Shown: positions 1 through 11,926, counted from the stretch's first letter. The stretch: DNA of 64,000 bases from an uncultured Rivularia sp. (GCA_963665115.1 OY762007.1:3072001-3136000); one strand, 5' to 3'. Numbers and translations: made by a program. The notes: a model not told the origin generated them from the letters alone.

Positions 1-1742
1 TTTCCTTGAAGTGGTTCTTTTTCAGTAAAACCTTTTAATAAAGATGACCAGAAACCAGAATCGTTTTCTTCGATTTCGATCTCTGCTTTTTGGGTGTCGT
101 ACCACTGCATCGGGCCAATATTTGCCAAATTTTCGTGACTAATTTCTCCCATATCGCAAGGGCGATCGCTAGTTAATTTCACGAATTCGCGATGAACTGC
201 GGCTGCATCTGCAAAAGCAAATTTATCCTCAAAACCAAGACGACGACCGACTTCGGCGAAGATTTCCCAATCTGCTTTCGCTTCACCAGGTGGTTCTCGA
301 AACTGCGGACACAAGGTAACAACTCGTTCTGAGTTGGTCATGGTTCCTGTTTTTTCGCTCCATTGGGCTGCTGGTAATAAAAGGTGAGCGTAAGCAGAAG
401 TTTCGGTGGGATAGTAAGCGTCTTGATAAATAGTGAAGGGAGATTTGAGTAAAGCAGCTTTGGTTCGCTGCAAATCTGGCATACTTACCGCTGGATTAGT
501 GGCTGCAATCCACAGTAGTTCGACTTCACCAGTTTCCAATCCTGTAATCATACTCCATGCATCGCGACCGGGTTCGCCATCGATTTGACCTGAATTTAAA
601 CCCCAAAGTTGTTCTACTTCGGCTCGATGTTGGGCGTTTTTAACGGAACGATATCCAGGGAGAATATGAGCTAAACCTCCGGCTTCTCTACCACCCATTG
701 CGTTGGGTTGTCCGGTTAATGAAAATGGCCCGGTACCGGGTTTGCAAATATTTCCCGTCATCAAATGCAGGTTAATCAAGGTGCGTACTTTTGCAGTACC
801 CTCAGAAGATTGATTTATCCCCATCGACCACAAAGACAAAACTTTTTTAGAATCAGCCCAGTAACGCGCTGCTTGTTCGAGTTCGTCTGTACTAATACCG
901 CACTTTTGCGAAACTACTTCTGGCGGGTAATCTTGGATAACCTGAGCGTAATCAGAGAAACCTTGAGTACATTCATCGATAAACAAACTATCGAACGCAT
1001 TCCAACGCATTAATAAATGAGCGATACCGTTGAGTAAATCAATATCTGTGCCTGGATTAATTGCCAAATGTAAATCTGCAACTTCTGCTGTCTTAGTGCA
1101 TCGCGGATCTACAACAATCATTTTGACGTTGCGATTTTTTTTATGATGTTTTCGCAAACGGTTAAAAACAATCGGGTGACATTCAGCGGTATTAGTACCA
1201 ATCAAAAAAGCGCAATCTGTTAATTCTAAATCTTCATAGCAACAAGGTGGCCCGTCAGCACCGAAACTTTGCGTATAGCCCGCAACCGCTGAAGACATAC
1301 ATAAGCGTGAATTAGCATCAAAATTATTAGTTCCCAAACAGCCTTTAATTAATTTTTGGGCAATATAATAATCTTCAGTTTGAAACTGACCGGAACCATA
1401 CATACAGATCGCATCCGCACCGTGAGAGTGGCGAATACTTTGAATGCGATCGACGATTTTATCAAAAGCTTCATCCCAACTCACTTGACGAAAAGATTCT
1501 GACAGAGAATCTCGCATCATCGGGTATTTAAGGCGATTTCGATCGAGAGATTCCGCAACGGTAGCACCTTTAACGCAAACCATACCTTTAGATGAAGGAT
1601 GACTTTTATCGCCAACTACCTTCCAAATCGGATTACCTTGACTATCTCGATGAGTTGCACGTCCTGATGCTGCGGGAGGAGATACTTCTAAACCGCAGCC
1701 AACACCGCAGTAAGGGCAAAGGGTTTTAACAGAGTCAGACAT
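1..1742 (-). CDS. narB: Ferredoxin-nitrate reductase, 5' part (3' end runs off the window start)
   Basis: Manual translation from ATG at 1742: [20 protein letters not shown]...[12 protein letters not shown] (Fe4S4 motif) and later molybdopterin motifs ([10 protein letters not shown]); lies downstream of nirA-nrtP. Absent from the ORF track because there is no stop in the window. Confidence 0.95.
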   Translation of the reverse strand, partial: MSDSVKTLCPYCGVGCGLEVSPPAASGRATHRDSQGNPIWKVVGDKSHPSSKGMVCVKGATVAESLDRNRLKYPMMRDSLSESFRQVSWDEAFDKIVDRIQSIRHSHGADAICMYGSGQFQTEDYYIAQKLIKGCLGTNNFDANSRLCMSSAVAGYTQSFGADGPPCCYEDLELTDCAFLIGTNTAECHPIVFNRLRKHHKKNRNVKMIVVDPRCTKTAEVADLHLAINPGTDIDLLNGIAHLLMRWNAFDSLFIDECTQGFSDYAQVIQDYPPEVVSQKCGISTDELEQAARYWADSKKVLSLWSMGINQSSEGTAKVRTLINLHLMTGNICKPGTGPFSLTGQPNAMGGREAGGLAHILPGYRSVKNAQHRAEVEQLWGLNSGQIDGEPGRDAWSMITGLETGEVELLWIAATNPAVSMPDLQRTKAALLKSPFTIYQDAYYPTETSAYAHLLLPAAQWSEKTGTMTNSERVVTLCPQFREPPGEAKADWEIFAEVGRRLGFEDKFAFADAAAVHREFVKLTSDRPCDMGEISHENLANIGPMQWYDTQKAEIEIEENDSGFWSSLLKGFTEKEPLQG

Positions 1743-1829
1743 ATTTTATTTAGGGGTTATTAAATATTAGAAAATTCACAAGGTGAAATATTTTTTTAAA
1801 ACCTTTTTTAACTAAATAAATTACTAAAA

Positions 1830-1956
1830 TACGTCTGATGTGAATTAAGCGCTCAAACCATTATCATTACGTTGATAATAAATTAAGAATTGAGATTTAA
1901 GCGAGCTTAAAAACCCTTGTAAAAAAAAGGGACATTTTTAATTCACATTAGGCGTA
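1830..1956. mobile_element. MITE-like element, 127 bp, 19-bp imperfect terminal inverted repeats that begin and end in TA
   Basis: TACGTCTGATGTGAATTAA (1830-1848) / TTAATTCACATTAGGCGTA (1938-1956). Confidence 0.55.
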
Positions 1957-2123
1957 GAATAATTCATCTTACTATAATTGTTATGTTAATAAGTGATAAA
2001 TCACTTACTACAAACTTTTCTTTTAAAGATAAAACAATTAGACTATAACCTTCTCTTAGCGCACCTCCGCGTAAACCTCAGTCAAACTTTGCGTTGAATC
2101 CTTTTCCTCTCATCAATCAAACT

Positions 2124-2169
2124 AAAAAAAAAGGAACCGATAAATAAAATGCATTGCTTATCGATTCCT
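2124..2169 (-). terminator. Stem-loop plus U-tract after nrtP
   Basis: AGGAACCGATAA / TTATCGATTCCT arms; A9 on + strand gives U9 3' of the hairpin on - strand. Confidence 0.55.
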
Positions 2170-2189
2170 CAAGTCAAATAAATTAAATT

Positions 2190-3738
2190 CTATTGACGAA
2201 TTCCTTTAGGTTCAATTACCAATTCAGAATACTCATCTTCTCCTTCATGATGTTCTGCAAAGGAGCCTTCAGGTTCTTTTAAGAAAAACCAACATAAGAA
2301 AGCAACTATCAAAGCCGCAATACCCATCATCTGGAAAAAGACTGTGTTCGACTGAGCAATAACTGCTGGAGTCTGTTCGCCACCACCGCTCAACCATTCT
2401 GGTAACAAGCTGAATATAGTCAGATAAGCAACTGCGCCAACGTTTCCATAAGCTCCAACGTTACCTGCAATTTGTCCAGTAACTCGACGTTTCACCAAAG
2501 GAACGATCGCAAATGTCGAACCTTCTCCAGCCTGTACGAAGAAAGAACAAGCCATAACCAATAAGATAGCTAAAGGTAGCCACCAACCGCTGCCTACTGT
2601 TCCGAAAATCATGTAGCCTATACCCATACCACCAGTCAAGACTGCCATAGTCACTCTGCGGCTACCCAGTTTATCGGAAATTAATCCACCGCCAGGGCGA
2701 GATACCAAGTTCATGAAGGCATAGCTAGCTGCAATCATTCCAGCCATTGCTGGGTTTAAACTAAATGTTCCTTCAAAAAACGCCGGAAGCATCGAAACCA
2801 CGGCCAATTCGGAACCAAAGTTGACTACATAGGTTAATTCCAGAATCGCGACTTGAGAGAAATTGTAACGATCTTTTGCAGGATATTTTTTCTTACCCGA
2901 AAGCAAATCTTTGTTTACAACCCAACAGTTATAAGCCTGGAATAAATATAAACCAAGCAATCCAGCCAAAACCAATAAGAGAGTACTGTCACCGTATAAA
3001 CCAACCTTTTTCAAGCGCCAAGCCAGAACCATCAAAATACCTGTTAAAGGTAAGTTCATTAGCATCAAGAACCAGAAATCGCGGACGGTGGTAACTTCCA
3101 AACCTCTAGCATTCTTAGGCTTTTGATAGACTTTTCCAGGAGGATGATCCTCTACATTGAAGAAATACAGAATTCCATACAGAGCAGCAATAACACCACT
3201 TCCAGCAATACATAATCTCCAGTTAAGAGTACCACCTGCTCCAAAAGCTAAGAATGCACCAATTGTAGGTAAAGTAAAAGCCGCAGCAGCCGAACCAAAG
3301 TTACCCCAACCGCCATAGATTCCCTCAGCTAAACCAATTTCTTTGGGAGGAAACCATTCTGCAACCATCCGGATACCAATTACAAACCCTGCACCAACAA
3401 TACTCAATGCCAAACGGCTGATTACTAATTGAGTGAAGTTTTGAGCGCTGGCAAAGGCAATACAGGGAATCGCTGCATAAATCAGCAATAACGAATAAGT
3501 AATTCTTGGGGCCGAATTTATCCAATAGCATCCCGATAATGATTCGAGCCGGAACCGTCAACGCAACGTTACAAATCGCTAAGGTTCTGATTTGGCTGAC
3601 TTCTAAACCAAAATCTGCTTTTACCTGCGTTGCTAAAGGAGCAAGGTTAAACCAAACAAAGAATGAGAGAAAGAATGCGAACCAAGTCATGTGCAGGATT
3701 TTGTACCTGCTGCGAAAAGATAACAATTCTCCGAGCAT
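2190..3738 (-). CDS. nrtP: MFS nitrate/nitrite permease NrtP (NapA); frameshift near 3506, probably a sequence error
   Basis: ORFs 3325-3738 and 2190-3488 join at KFGP|RITYS; NNP signatures (GIYGGWGNFG, GNVGAYGNVG); located between nirA and narB. Confidence 0.9.
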
Positions 3739-3855
3739 TGATTAACCCCTTAATAGTTCGTAGTAAGATTTACTTTTAGATAGATACAGCAACGGTGCAT
3801 ATTAAAGCTGAGTACAGATAATTATTCGCTTATTTTTGGAGCAAAGATTTAATTA

Positions 3856-3897
3856 ATTATGCTCGTTAATTGTGAAAATTACTGTATCAGTTTAGAC
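3856..3897 (-). promoter_or_regulatory. Possible internal NtcA-type promoter for nrtP-narB
   Basis: Minus strand: GTC-N8-TAC (3897-3884), 22 nt, then CATAAT (3861-3856); spacing of NtcA-activated promoters. Confidence 0.4.
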
Positions 3898-3951
3898 TTT
3901 ATTAAATAGTATTAATACTAATGAGATATATTTGTTTATTCATTGTATTAA

Positions 3952-5501
3952 CTAATCTTGCTTTGGCTTTGCGCCGAAAGATTCTATCAAAATACCCTTT
4001 AAGACATTATTAATCTCGTCACAGGGAATACCTTTCTGTACGCAAGTCCCTAATTGGGCATCTTTGCCTACCTTGCCTCCCATATACAAGTCCACCCCTT
4101 CAACCGTCTTGCCATCTTTACGAACCTTTGTTCCCATCAGTCCGATATCGGCTACCTGCGGTTGTCCGCAAGAGTTAGGACAGCCTGTCCAATGAATTCT
4201 TACAGATTTGGGCATCTCCAATTCTGCGTCAAGTTGTTTGGCTAATGCCAAGGCTCTATTTTTGGTTTCCACCAGCGCAAAGTTGCAAAATTGAGAACCC
4301 GTACAAGATACCAAAGCCCTTTCTAAAGGTTGGGGTTCGATCGTAAATTTTTGCAGCAAAGGTTCAGTAAGGAAAACTTGCAAATTATCGTCAATAATAT
4401 TGGGAATAATTGCGTTTTGCTCAACAGTTAAGCGCACTTCACTATTACCGTAAACTTCGGCTAGCTGTGCTAAATCAAACATATCTTGAGCATCAAGCCG
4501 TCCCCCACGGGAATGTGTAAACCAACGTAATTTAAACCAGGTTGGTTTTGCTTATAAACCCCAATGCAATCTCTTTTTTCCCAATCGATTTCGTCTTTTT
4601 CGGCTGCGGTTGCTAAGGTACGTCCAAATTCTTGTTCCACCATTGAACGGAATTTCTCGATTCCCAATTCATCAATCAGCCACATTAATCTGGATTTTTG
4701 ACGATTAGCTCTTGCTCCGTTATCCCGAAAAATAGATAAAATTGCTCGACATAAATCGACAACATCGTCGTTGTTGGGAGGAACCCAAGCATTTAGAGGT
4801 ATTGCACCTTCACAACGTTTAGCAGAGAAAAAGCCACCAACTAAAACGTTGAATCCTAAATCGCCGTTTTTATAAGCTGGAACAAAGGCAATATCGTTGA
4901 TTTCGGCATGAACTGAATTATCCCGTCCCCCTTCAATCGCAATATTAAATTTTCGAGGAAGATTAGTAAATGCATAATTACCTTTACCATTATTGGTAAT
5001 CATGTCTTGAACTTTCTGCACTAATTCACGGGTATCAATCAGTTCCGAACCATCAATCCCTGCAACTGGCGAACCAGTAATATTACGAACATTATCCATC
5101 CCCGACTGCATAGAAGTCATTCCTACTGCATCCAGACGACGAAAAATATCTGGTATATCTTCGAGACGAACTCCCCGCAACTGAATATTTTGGCGAGTTG
5201 TAATATCGGCACAACCATCAGTTCCGTATCGCTGCACAATTTCGGCAAGCACCCGTAACTGACTGCTAGATAAAATCCCGCTAGGGATTCGCATCCGCAA
5301 CATGAATTTACCTGGTGTAACGGGACGATAGAAGACTCCTACCCATTTAAGACGATGTTCCAAATCTGATTTTTCCATCGCCTCCCAACCGATTTGGGCA
5401 AATTTTTCTAGTTCGTCTTTAACGTCTAATCCATCTTTTTCCGCTTTAATTTTTTCAAATTTATTAAGAGTTGCAGGTTTATTTGATTGGGTAGTAGACA
5501 C
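3952..5501 (-). CDS. nirA: Ferredoxin-nitrite reductase; frameshift in a G-run at 4502-4506, probably a sequence error
   Basis: TTRQNIQLR, NLPRKFN, siroheme/FeS motifs CTGSQFC and GCPNSCG; two ORFs join at HIPVG|RLDA; GTG start. Confidence 0.95.
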
Positions 5502-5639
5502 GGTTGGTTTACCTTAAAAATCCAAGATTAACTGGTAGAGAAGAGTTGCGAATATTTACACTATCGTGCGATCGAATTGATTTCTTTTGCCCCAAAATTA
5601 TCAATCAAAGTGTTTCAATATTTACTTGGTTAAGTACTC

Positions 5640-5682
5640 ATTAAATAAATAAACTCGTTGTTTATTTTGTATCGCTTGTAAC
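5640..5682 (-). promoter_or_regulatory. NtcA-binding site and -10 box for the nirA operon
   Basis: Minus strand GTTACAAGCGATACA (GTT-N8-TAC, 5682-5669), then TTTAAT 23 nt downstream; nirA is an established NtcA target. Confidence 0.6.
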
Positions 5683-5863
5683 TATTTATTCTTTTTATGG
5701 TTAAAATTTTGCGTTATTTGCATGAATTTTATTTATTTTTTGCATATTATCATCAAAAAACAGCATTACATATTCTCTAAGAGAACGGTAAATACTTAAA
5801 ATTCGTGACACAGTTAAATAAGAACCACGTAAAATCAACGCTCTTACTTTGGTAATATATCAA

Positions 5864-7072
5864 ATGTTAGAAACTCTTGACATAATTGCGGATGCTGTAA
5901 CAGAAGCGAATTGGATACTGGTTAATCAGCAGTTACATCAGCTATTAGACAAGAATCGGGTAAAGGCTGTAGAAAACGGTGAATTAGAACAAGCTGTTGC
6001 AATCGCCATACAAATTTTGCGAGTAGGGGATTTTCAAACCAGGTGGGATATAGCAAAGGTTTTCCCCAAAATAGGTAAACCAGCAGTTGTTCCCTTACTC
6101 GAAATATTGTCAGACGAAAAAGCTGATTTGGAGATTCGTTGGTTTGCGCTTCGCATTTTAGGAGAATTTAACGAACCGCAAATAGTTATATCCTTAGTAA
6201 AATTACTTGAAGAAACACAAGAAGAAGAATTGGCGATCGCCTGTTCCCAAACGCTAGCAAAAATCGGACAACCTGCGATTAGTGGGTTAACTGAATTACT
6301 CCTTGACGAAAAATCTAGGTTGCTAGCAGTAAAATCTCTTGCTCAAATTCGCCGCTCGGAAGTCATCGAACCTTTACTTTCGGTTGTCGATGATTCTATA
6401 GCAGAAATGAGAGTTACAGCAATTGAAGCTCTCGGTAGTTTTCACCACAAACATTTAATTCCTGTATTTATTAAAGCTTTGCAAGATACATCTTTTTCTG
6501 TTCGCAAAGAAGCAATTATCGCTTTAAAAATGCGTGCTTATCTTAAAGAAGAATTTGATTTAGTTAATCATATACAACCTTTGCTTTACGACTTTGATTC
6601 ACAAGTGTGTCAGCAAGCAATATTAGCAATGGGATGTATGAAAGACGAGGCGGCGATTAAAGCGTTGTTTGATATTTTGAATTTTAAAAATACTCCTTTA
6701 TTTCTGAAACAAGAAGTAGTGCGTGCTTTGAATTGGAGTAGTAGTTTTACAGCTTTAGATTATTTAAAAGAAATTCTTTATTCAAACGATATTGCACTGA
6801 GTAAAGAAATTATTAATGTGTTGGGGAGACAAGAATCAGTTAAGTTAAAGTCTTATGCTGCTGAGATTTTGATTGACTTTGTTAATAGCGAATTAGAAAT
6901 AACGCATCAGTCGGGGATAAAACAGGTAGTAGCGACATCTTTGGGAGAATTGGGAGATTTACGCGCTTTGACTCATCTTGAGAAAATGGCTTTGGATGAT
7001 GATTCTAAGGTTAGATTGTATGCGAGGGCTGCGGTTAAGAAATTGAATGGTAGACTTTATCCGACACCCTAG
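5864..7072 (+). CDS. nirB: HEAT/PBS-lyase repeat protein, NirB-like
   Basis: HEAT repeats (VRKEAIIAL, VRLYARAAV); divergent from nirA as nirB is in other cyanobacteria. Confidence 0.7.
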   Translation: MLETLDIIADAVTEANWILVNQQLHQLLDKNRVKAVENGELEQAVAIAIQILRVGDFQTRWDIAKVFPKIGKPAVVPLLEILSDEKADLEIRWFALRILGEFNEPQIVISLVKLLEETQEEELAIACSQTLAKIGQPAISGLTELLLDEKSRLLAVKSLAQIRRSEVIEPLLSVVDDSIAEMRVTAIEALGSFHHKHLIPVFIKALQDTSFSVRKEAIIALKMRAYLKEEFDLVNHIQPLLYDFDSQVCQQAILAMGCMKDEAAIKALFDILNFKNTPLFLKQEVVRALNWSSSFTALDYLKEILYSNDIALSKEIINVLGRQESVKLKSYAAEILIDFVNSELEITHQSGIKQVVATSLGELGDLRALTHLEKMALDDDSKVRLYARAAVKKLNGRLYPTP

Positions 7073-7178
7073 AAGGGTGCGGCTACACAAACAAAGCCCA
7101 CCTGCGTGGGCTTGGAAACTCTCATAGCCCACGCAGGTGGGCTTTGTAGTATTAGCCCCAGGCTTATAGCCTGCGGGC
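7066..7178. repeat. Multi-hairpin dispersed repeat (REP/SDR-like), copy 1
   Basis: AAAGCCCACCTGCGTGGGCT...AGCCCACGCAGGTGGGCTTT; inverted homolog at 59707-59816. Confidence 0.8.
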
Positions 7179-7462
7179 TTTTTGCCTGGATTACTCCCTT
7201 CCCGTACAATTAACCATCTCTCCTTATCTCTTTCCTCTGCGCTCTCTGCGTCTCTGCGGTTTTTTATATTAAAGGGATTGAGGGGAAGAAGAGGTGATAT
7301 CAAATCTGTTGGTATCGGGATTATATTTTTTACAGCCTCGGAGCGCGGAGGTAAGCGCAGAGGGGCGCGGAGTTTTATTAGTGATGTATTTGGTAATTCC
7401 GATGTAAGGAGTGAAAGAAGTGAGGGGGATTGGGAATTAGGAGGTTTCCTAATTATCGGGGG

Positions 7463-10400
7463 TTAATTTTGTAATTTATGTAATTCATTCATTACATCTT
7501 TATAAACATAAGTATGACCTTGAGCTTTTGATAATTCTGCTGCTTTTTGTAATTCTTGAATAGCTTTTTGTTTATTCCCTAATTTAATTAGAGTTAATCC
7601 TCTTTGGTAGTAATAAAAATCAGCATTATTAGGATTTATTTCAATAGCTTTGCTATAATCAGCTAATGCTAAATTATATTTTTTCTGTTTTCGGTAAGAA
7701 TTTGCTCGCGATATATAATTAGAAGCAGGATAGTTACTAGAATCAAGTTCAATAATTTTACTGTAATCAGCTATAGCTAAATCCCATTTTTCTTGCTCTT
7801 TGTAAATCTGTGCCCGATAACTGTAAGCAATAAGATTTTCAGGCTCAAGTTCAATAACTTTACTCAAATCAGGTATAGCTAAATCTTTTTGTTTTTGGCT
7901 ATTATAAATAGTTGCTCTTTTAAGATAAGCTTCAGTATTGTGAGGATTCAGTTCAATAACTTTACTCCAATCAGCTAAAGCTAAGTTATATTGATACCGT
8001 TCATCATAGTATTTAGCTCTATTGTAATAAGCTTCAGAATTATCCGGATTACTTTGAATTGCTAAATCCAATTGTTTCTTTTTTTGTATATCCTTTTGTA
8101 TGGATTGGAGTAAAATATTTGCATAACTATATGAAGTAGTTTGACCTTGAGCTTTAAATAGTTGGGCTGCTTTATAGTAATCTTGAACAGCTTTATTTTT
8201 ATCCTTAAGTTTTTCATACATAAATCCTCGGTAAGCGTATGCTTCACCATTTTGAGGATTGAGTTGAATTGCTTTATTATAATCAGCTAGCGCTAATTCC
8301 GATTTATACCGTTTATTATAAATATGACCACGGTAAATATAAGCTCTAACATTCTGAGGGTCAAGTTTTAAGATTTCGTCTAAGTTAGCTTTAGCCAAAT
8401 CCATTTTTTCTTGGATTACGTAAATTAATGCTCGATTAAAATAAGCTTCAATATCTTGAGGTTCAAGTTTAATTATTTTATTGTAATAAGCTATTGCAGA
8501 ATTAAACTGTTGTTTCTCGATTTTTAATTCTCTTGAAACATATGAAAATGGATCGTAATAATCAAAACCAAACTTTATTGCTTTTTTGATATCAGCCATT
8601 GCTAAATCCCACTTTTGTTGTTCGAGATAAATAAGCCCACGGTAAGCGTAAATTTTATCTGACTTAGGATTAAGTTTAATGACTTTATTGTAATCAGCCA
8701 GTGCTAAATCCCATTTTTCCTGGCTTCGATAACTATTTGCTCGCTTAAAATAAGGTTCAAAATTTTTAGGCTTAAGTTGAATCCATTTACTATAATCGGC
8801 TATCGCTAAATCCCATTTTTGCTGCTCTACATATAAACGCCCTCGGAGCTGGTAAGCATCATCTGATTTAGGATTCAATTCAATTGCTTTATCAAAATCA
8901 GCTTTAGCTAAATCCCATTTTTTCTGTGCCATATACATAATTCCTCTCCAAGAGTAATTAATTGCACTAGGATTTAGTTTGATTGCTTCTGTCATCGTTG
9001 CTTGTGCTTCTGTATAGCGTTGTAAATAAATCAAAGTTGTCCCTTTCACAAAATATCCGCTAGGATTTTTTGGCTGAAGTAGAATTGTTTTATTTGCTGC
9101 GATTAATGCTTTATCATATTGTTCTATGTTCATGTACATAAAACTCAGTATTCGCCAAGCACCAACATAATCAGGTTTGAGTTTTACCGCTTGCTCAAAT
9201 GTTTCTACAGACTCTTTATATTTCTCTTGGCTTGAAAAGTTTAAACCTTTACCAAAATAAGCTAGGTAAGCGAAAGATGATTTACGTTTAATTACTTCAT
9301 CAAAGGCTTTATCTGCTTCTTCATATCTTCCTAAACGCAACAGTTGGTTTCCTCTTTCTAACCATTTGTCAGCTGTTGCATTTCCACCTGAAACCTCTGC
9401 TGTTAGTGCTGCTTTTTTAATAGATTCAATTTGTTGAGGATTCAGTTGAGGTGGTCTATTATTTTCTAAATTTTGCGGTTTTACACCCAATCTGGGAACC
9501 AACCCTAAAAAGGTACTTACAGGAATCCCCAAACTAAATCCTATCTGAATTTGACATTTAGAACCAGAACCCCCACAGTCTCCTGTTTTTGAATCATAGG
9601 CTTCTTCCCCTTCAGCACGTCCGTGAATACCTATTACTCGCCCTTGTGAATTTAAAACTGGACCACCACTCATTCCACCATAAGTGATGCTGGTGTAAAC
9701 TAACTCATATCCTCCAGTTAAGGAATTGATACCTTTTGAACCTAAAGAGCCTACTCCTGATCGCGAAAAGTCGGAATCTTTTACTAATAATAATCCCTCT
9801 TCTTTACTAGTAATTTGCCCGACAGTAAACCGCCAAGGAGAATCATTACCTAATTTGGGATATCCCGCAGTAAACATATAGTCATCTTCATTAGGATTGT
9901 AATTTGCAAGAGTTGCTATTTGATAATCTCCAGAACTTTTAAATTTAACTACCGCTAAATCAACCCCTTCCTCAATTTTGATGCTGCTTTTATCTACAGA
10001 ATATTTATTTCCATCTGGTGCAAGTATTTCATAATTAAATCCACCGCATGGCTTTGTTGCATCTACTCTTTCACACAACACATGAGCCGATGTTAAAACT
10101 GTGTAATTATTCCCTTCTCTAGCAATAATTATTCCCGAACCATTGGCGTTACTACTGCTATCAATTCTGACAGTAAATTGTTTAGCTTTTTGTTCTAAAT
10201 CCTTTACCCATTTTGGATAGTCTGGTTCCAGTATTGTATTTTTACCTTCTGGAAAAGGCAATTTATAAGCAGTCAAAACATCACCATCAACCCACGTTAA
10301 AACAGTTGAAATCGGAATTCCCCAACTCAACTTTCTCATTTCTCTAATTTCTGCTTGATTCGGACGTTTACCGTTTTGATAAACATAACCAGAATTTAAA

Positions 10401-11023
10401 ATAGGATAAGCACTTTTACCATTTATCCCTACAAGTTCACCCATTGAATTAAGAATTGCACCACCGCTCATTCCTTGTTCGATGTTGCTGCTGTAACCGA
10501 TTTCGTATCCTTCTTTTAAGTTAGAAGTCTTTTTAACTTCTCCTTCGCTAAATATAATATTTCCCGTGGAACCAGAAAAACCCGCAGCAACTACGGGAGT
10601 ATTAATTTCAGGAGTAGTTTTAGCAATTTCTGATAAACAATAACTTTGACTGCTTTGGAATTTTAATAAAGTTATATCTGATTTTTTAAATTTATTTTGC
10701 GGTACAATTTCTGCTGAATAGGTTTTACCGTCGGCAGTTTGCAATGTAATCGAATTAACTCCTTGGATAACGTGAGAATTGGTTAACACTAAATAATTAT
10801 TTCCTTGTTTACCGATAAGCGTTCCCGAACCACCGTTGCGATCGCCGATGATTTTTACTGTGATTTTATTGGCTAGGGTTTGTAATTGTTTTGTTGAATA
10901 AAATTCCTCTTCTCGTTCGATTCTGCAAATTGAATTTTGAGCAATGGAAGCAGGAGCGGCTTTGATGGGGATGGGGATTTGGAGCAGGAGTAGGGAGGAA
11001 AGAAAGATTAGATTGCGGTTCAT
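7463..11023 (-). CDS. Exported protein with two trypsin-like serine protease domains and a long TPR array
   Basis: Signal peptide; two catalytic sets (TNSHV..D..GMSGG and TSAHV..DLAV..GMSGG); many 34-aa TPRs (WDLAIADYSK.IEL.P). Confidence 0.9.
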   Translation of the reverse strand: MNRNLIFLSSLLLLQIPIPIKAAPASIAQNSICRIEREEEFYSTKQLQTLANKITVKIIGDRNGGSGTLIGKQGNNYLVLTNSHVIQGVNSITLQTADGKTYSAEIVPQNKFKKSDITLLKFQSSQSYCLSEIAKTTPEINTPVVAAGFSGSTGNIIFSEGEVKKTSNLKEGYEIGYSSNIEQGMSGGAILNSMGELVGINGKSAYPILNSGYVYQNGKRPNQAEIREMRKLSWGIPISTVLTWVDGDVLTAYKLPFPEGKNTILEPDYPKWVKDLEQKAKQFTVRIDSSSNANGSGIIIAREGNNYTVLTSAHVLCERVDATKPCGGFNYEILAPDGNKYSVDKSSIKIEEGVDLAVVKFKSSGDYQIATLANYNPNEDDYMFTAGYPKLGNDSPWRFTVGQITSKEEGLLLVKDSDFSRSGVGSLGSKGINSLTGGYELVYTSITYGGMSGGPVLNSQGRVIGIHGRAEGEEAYDSKTGDCGGSGSKCQIQIGFSLGIPVSTFLGLVPRLGVKPQNLENNRPPQLNPQQIESIKKAALTAEVSGGNATADKWLERGNQLLRLGRYEEADKAFDEVIKRKSSFAYLAYFGKGLNFSSQEKYKESVETFEQAVKLKPDYVGAWRILSFMYMNIEQYDKALIAANKTILLQPKNPSGYFVKGTTLIYLQRYTEAQATMTEAIKLNPSAINYSWRGIMYMAQKKWDLAKADFDKAIELNPKSDDAYQLRGRLYVEQQKWDLAIADYSKWIQLKPKNFEPYFKRANSYRSQEKWDLALADYNKVIKLNPKSDKIYAYRGLIYLEQQKWDLAMADIKKAIKFGFDYYDPFSYVSRELKIEKQQFNSAIAYYNKIIKLEPQDIEAYFNRALIYVIQEKMDLAKANLDEILKLDPQNVRAYIYRGHIYNKRYKSELALADYNKAIQLNPQNGEAYAYRGFMYEKLKDKNKAVQDYYKAAQLFKAQGQTTSYSYANILLQSIQKDIQKKKQLDLAIQSNPDNSEAYYNRAKYYDERYQYNLALADWSKVIELNPHNTEAYLKRATIYNSQKQKDLAIPDLSKVIELEPENLIAYSYRAQIYKEQEKWDLAIADYSKIIELDSSNYPASNYISRANSYRKQKKYNLALADYSKAIEINPNNADFYYYQRGLTLIKLGNKQKAIQELQKAAELSKAQGHTYVYKDVMNELHKLQN

Positions 11024-11093
11024 TTTTTTGGTGGGTGAATAGATGGCGAATGAATAATGAATAGCGGGGGATTTTTTCTTTGTTGCGGAAAAT

Positions 11094-11146
11094 GTAGAGA
11101 CGCGATATTATGCCCTATCGGGCAGGCTGCGCTAACGCGTCTCTAC
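11094..11146. repeat. GTAGAGACGCG...CGCGTCTCTAC palindrome carrying a nested ~25-nt element
   Basis: Palindrome interrupted by ATGCCCTATCGGGCAGGCTGCGCTAAC. Confidence 0.7.
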
Positions 11147-11448
11147 AAATCAATGGGTGGGTAACAAACAGTTACTAATTACGTTAAATTTAGGTAATCA
11201 AATTGACCGTACAAGATGCATTAATCTCAGTCAATACACTTAACGGCAATATTTTTGTGTAAATTCATCTTCAACCCTTGGAAATAAGCTTCTGATGGCA
11301 TTACTGTCCGAATAATGATTTTTTACGCAAATTATTGAATTTTTTGGAAGTATTTTATTCTTTTGTGGCGAATATTCGGATTGATTGTTCGTAGCTTTCA
11401 TATCATCCACTTGTTAAGCAACCATTGATGATAAAAACCGAAAGCTGA

Positions 11449-11628
11449 TATCTTTCACCATTGTCGTTAAGCTCAAATACCCGCCTCGGAATCAATTCCA
11501 AGGCTTATATACAAAGTACGTTTTAACGTACTAAAAGCCTTGTTCAGTCGGATTTATCAGACTTTGTGTATTAGCCTGAGAATTTATTCTAAGGCGGTTT
11601 AGGAAGCTAACAAAAATGGTGAAAGATA
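11449..11628. mobile_element. MITE-like nested-palindrome element, copy 1
   Basis: TIR TATCTTTCACCA / TGGTGAAAGATA; core nearly identical to 21795-21988 and, inverted, to 58473-58550. Confidence 0.7.
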
Positions 11629-11641
11629 TAACATTGCCAGA

Positions 11642-11672
11642 GTTGGGTTGCACTCCGCTTAACCCAACCTAC
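11642..11672 (-). repeat. GTAG-type REP
   Basis: Reverse complement GTAGGTTGGGTTAAGCGGAGTGCAACCCAAC. Confidence 0.7.
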
Positions 11673-11926
11673 GAATTCATTAACTACGAACAATTGACAA
11701 TAACGTGAGTCCTATTATCTATTTAACTAGTATAAAAACAACAAAAGAACCATTGTTTTACCGTTCGAGGTAGCAATATAAGTGACAATTACTACAAAAA
11801 AATATTGAAACAGTATTTCTCTTAATATTTTATAGTTCCAATTTGACAATTTTATTTATTCAAATAGTAATAAACGTACAAATAAATATTAGAATATAAA
11901 GTTCGTCCAGGCGTGTAATTCCTCCC

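Noticed and set aside
6959..7466. ORFs 6959-7303 and 7182-7466 (also 16054-16296, 21683-22141, 22444-22722, 51419-51885, 61930-62169)
   Set aside because: They lie over intergenic repeat clusters and have no protein-like motifs.
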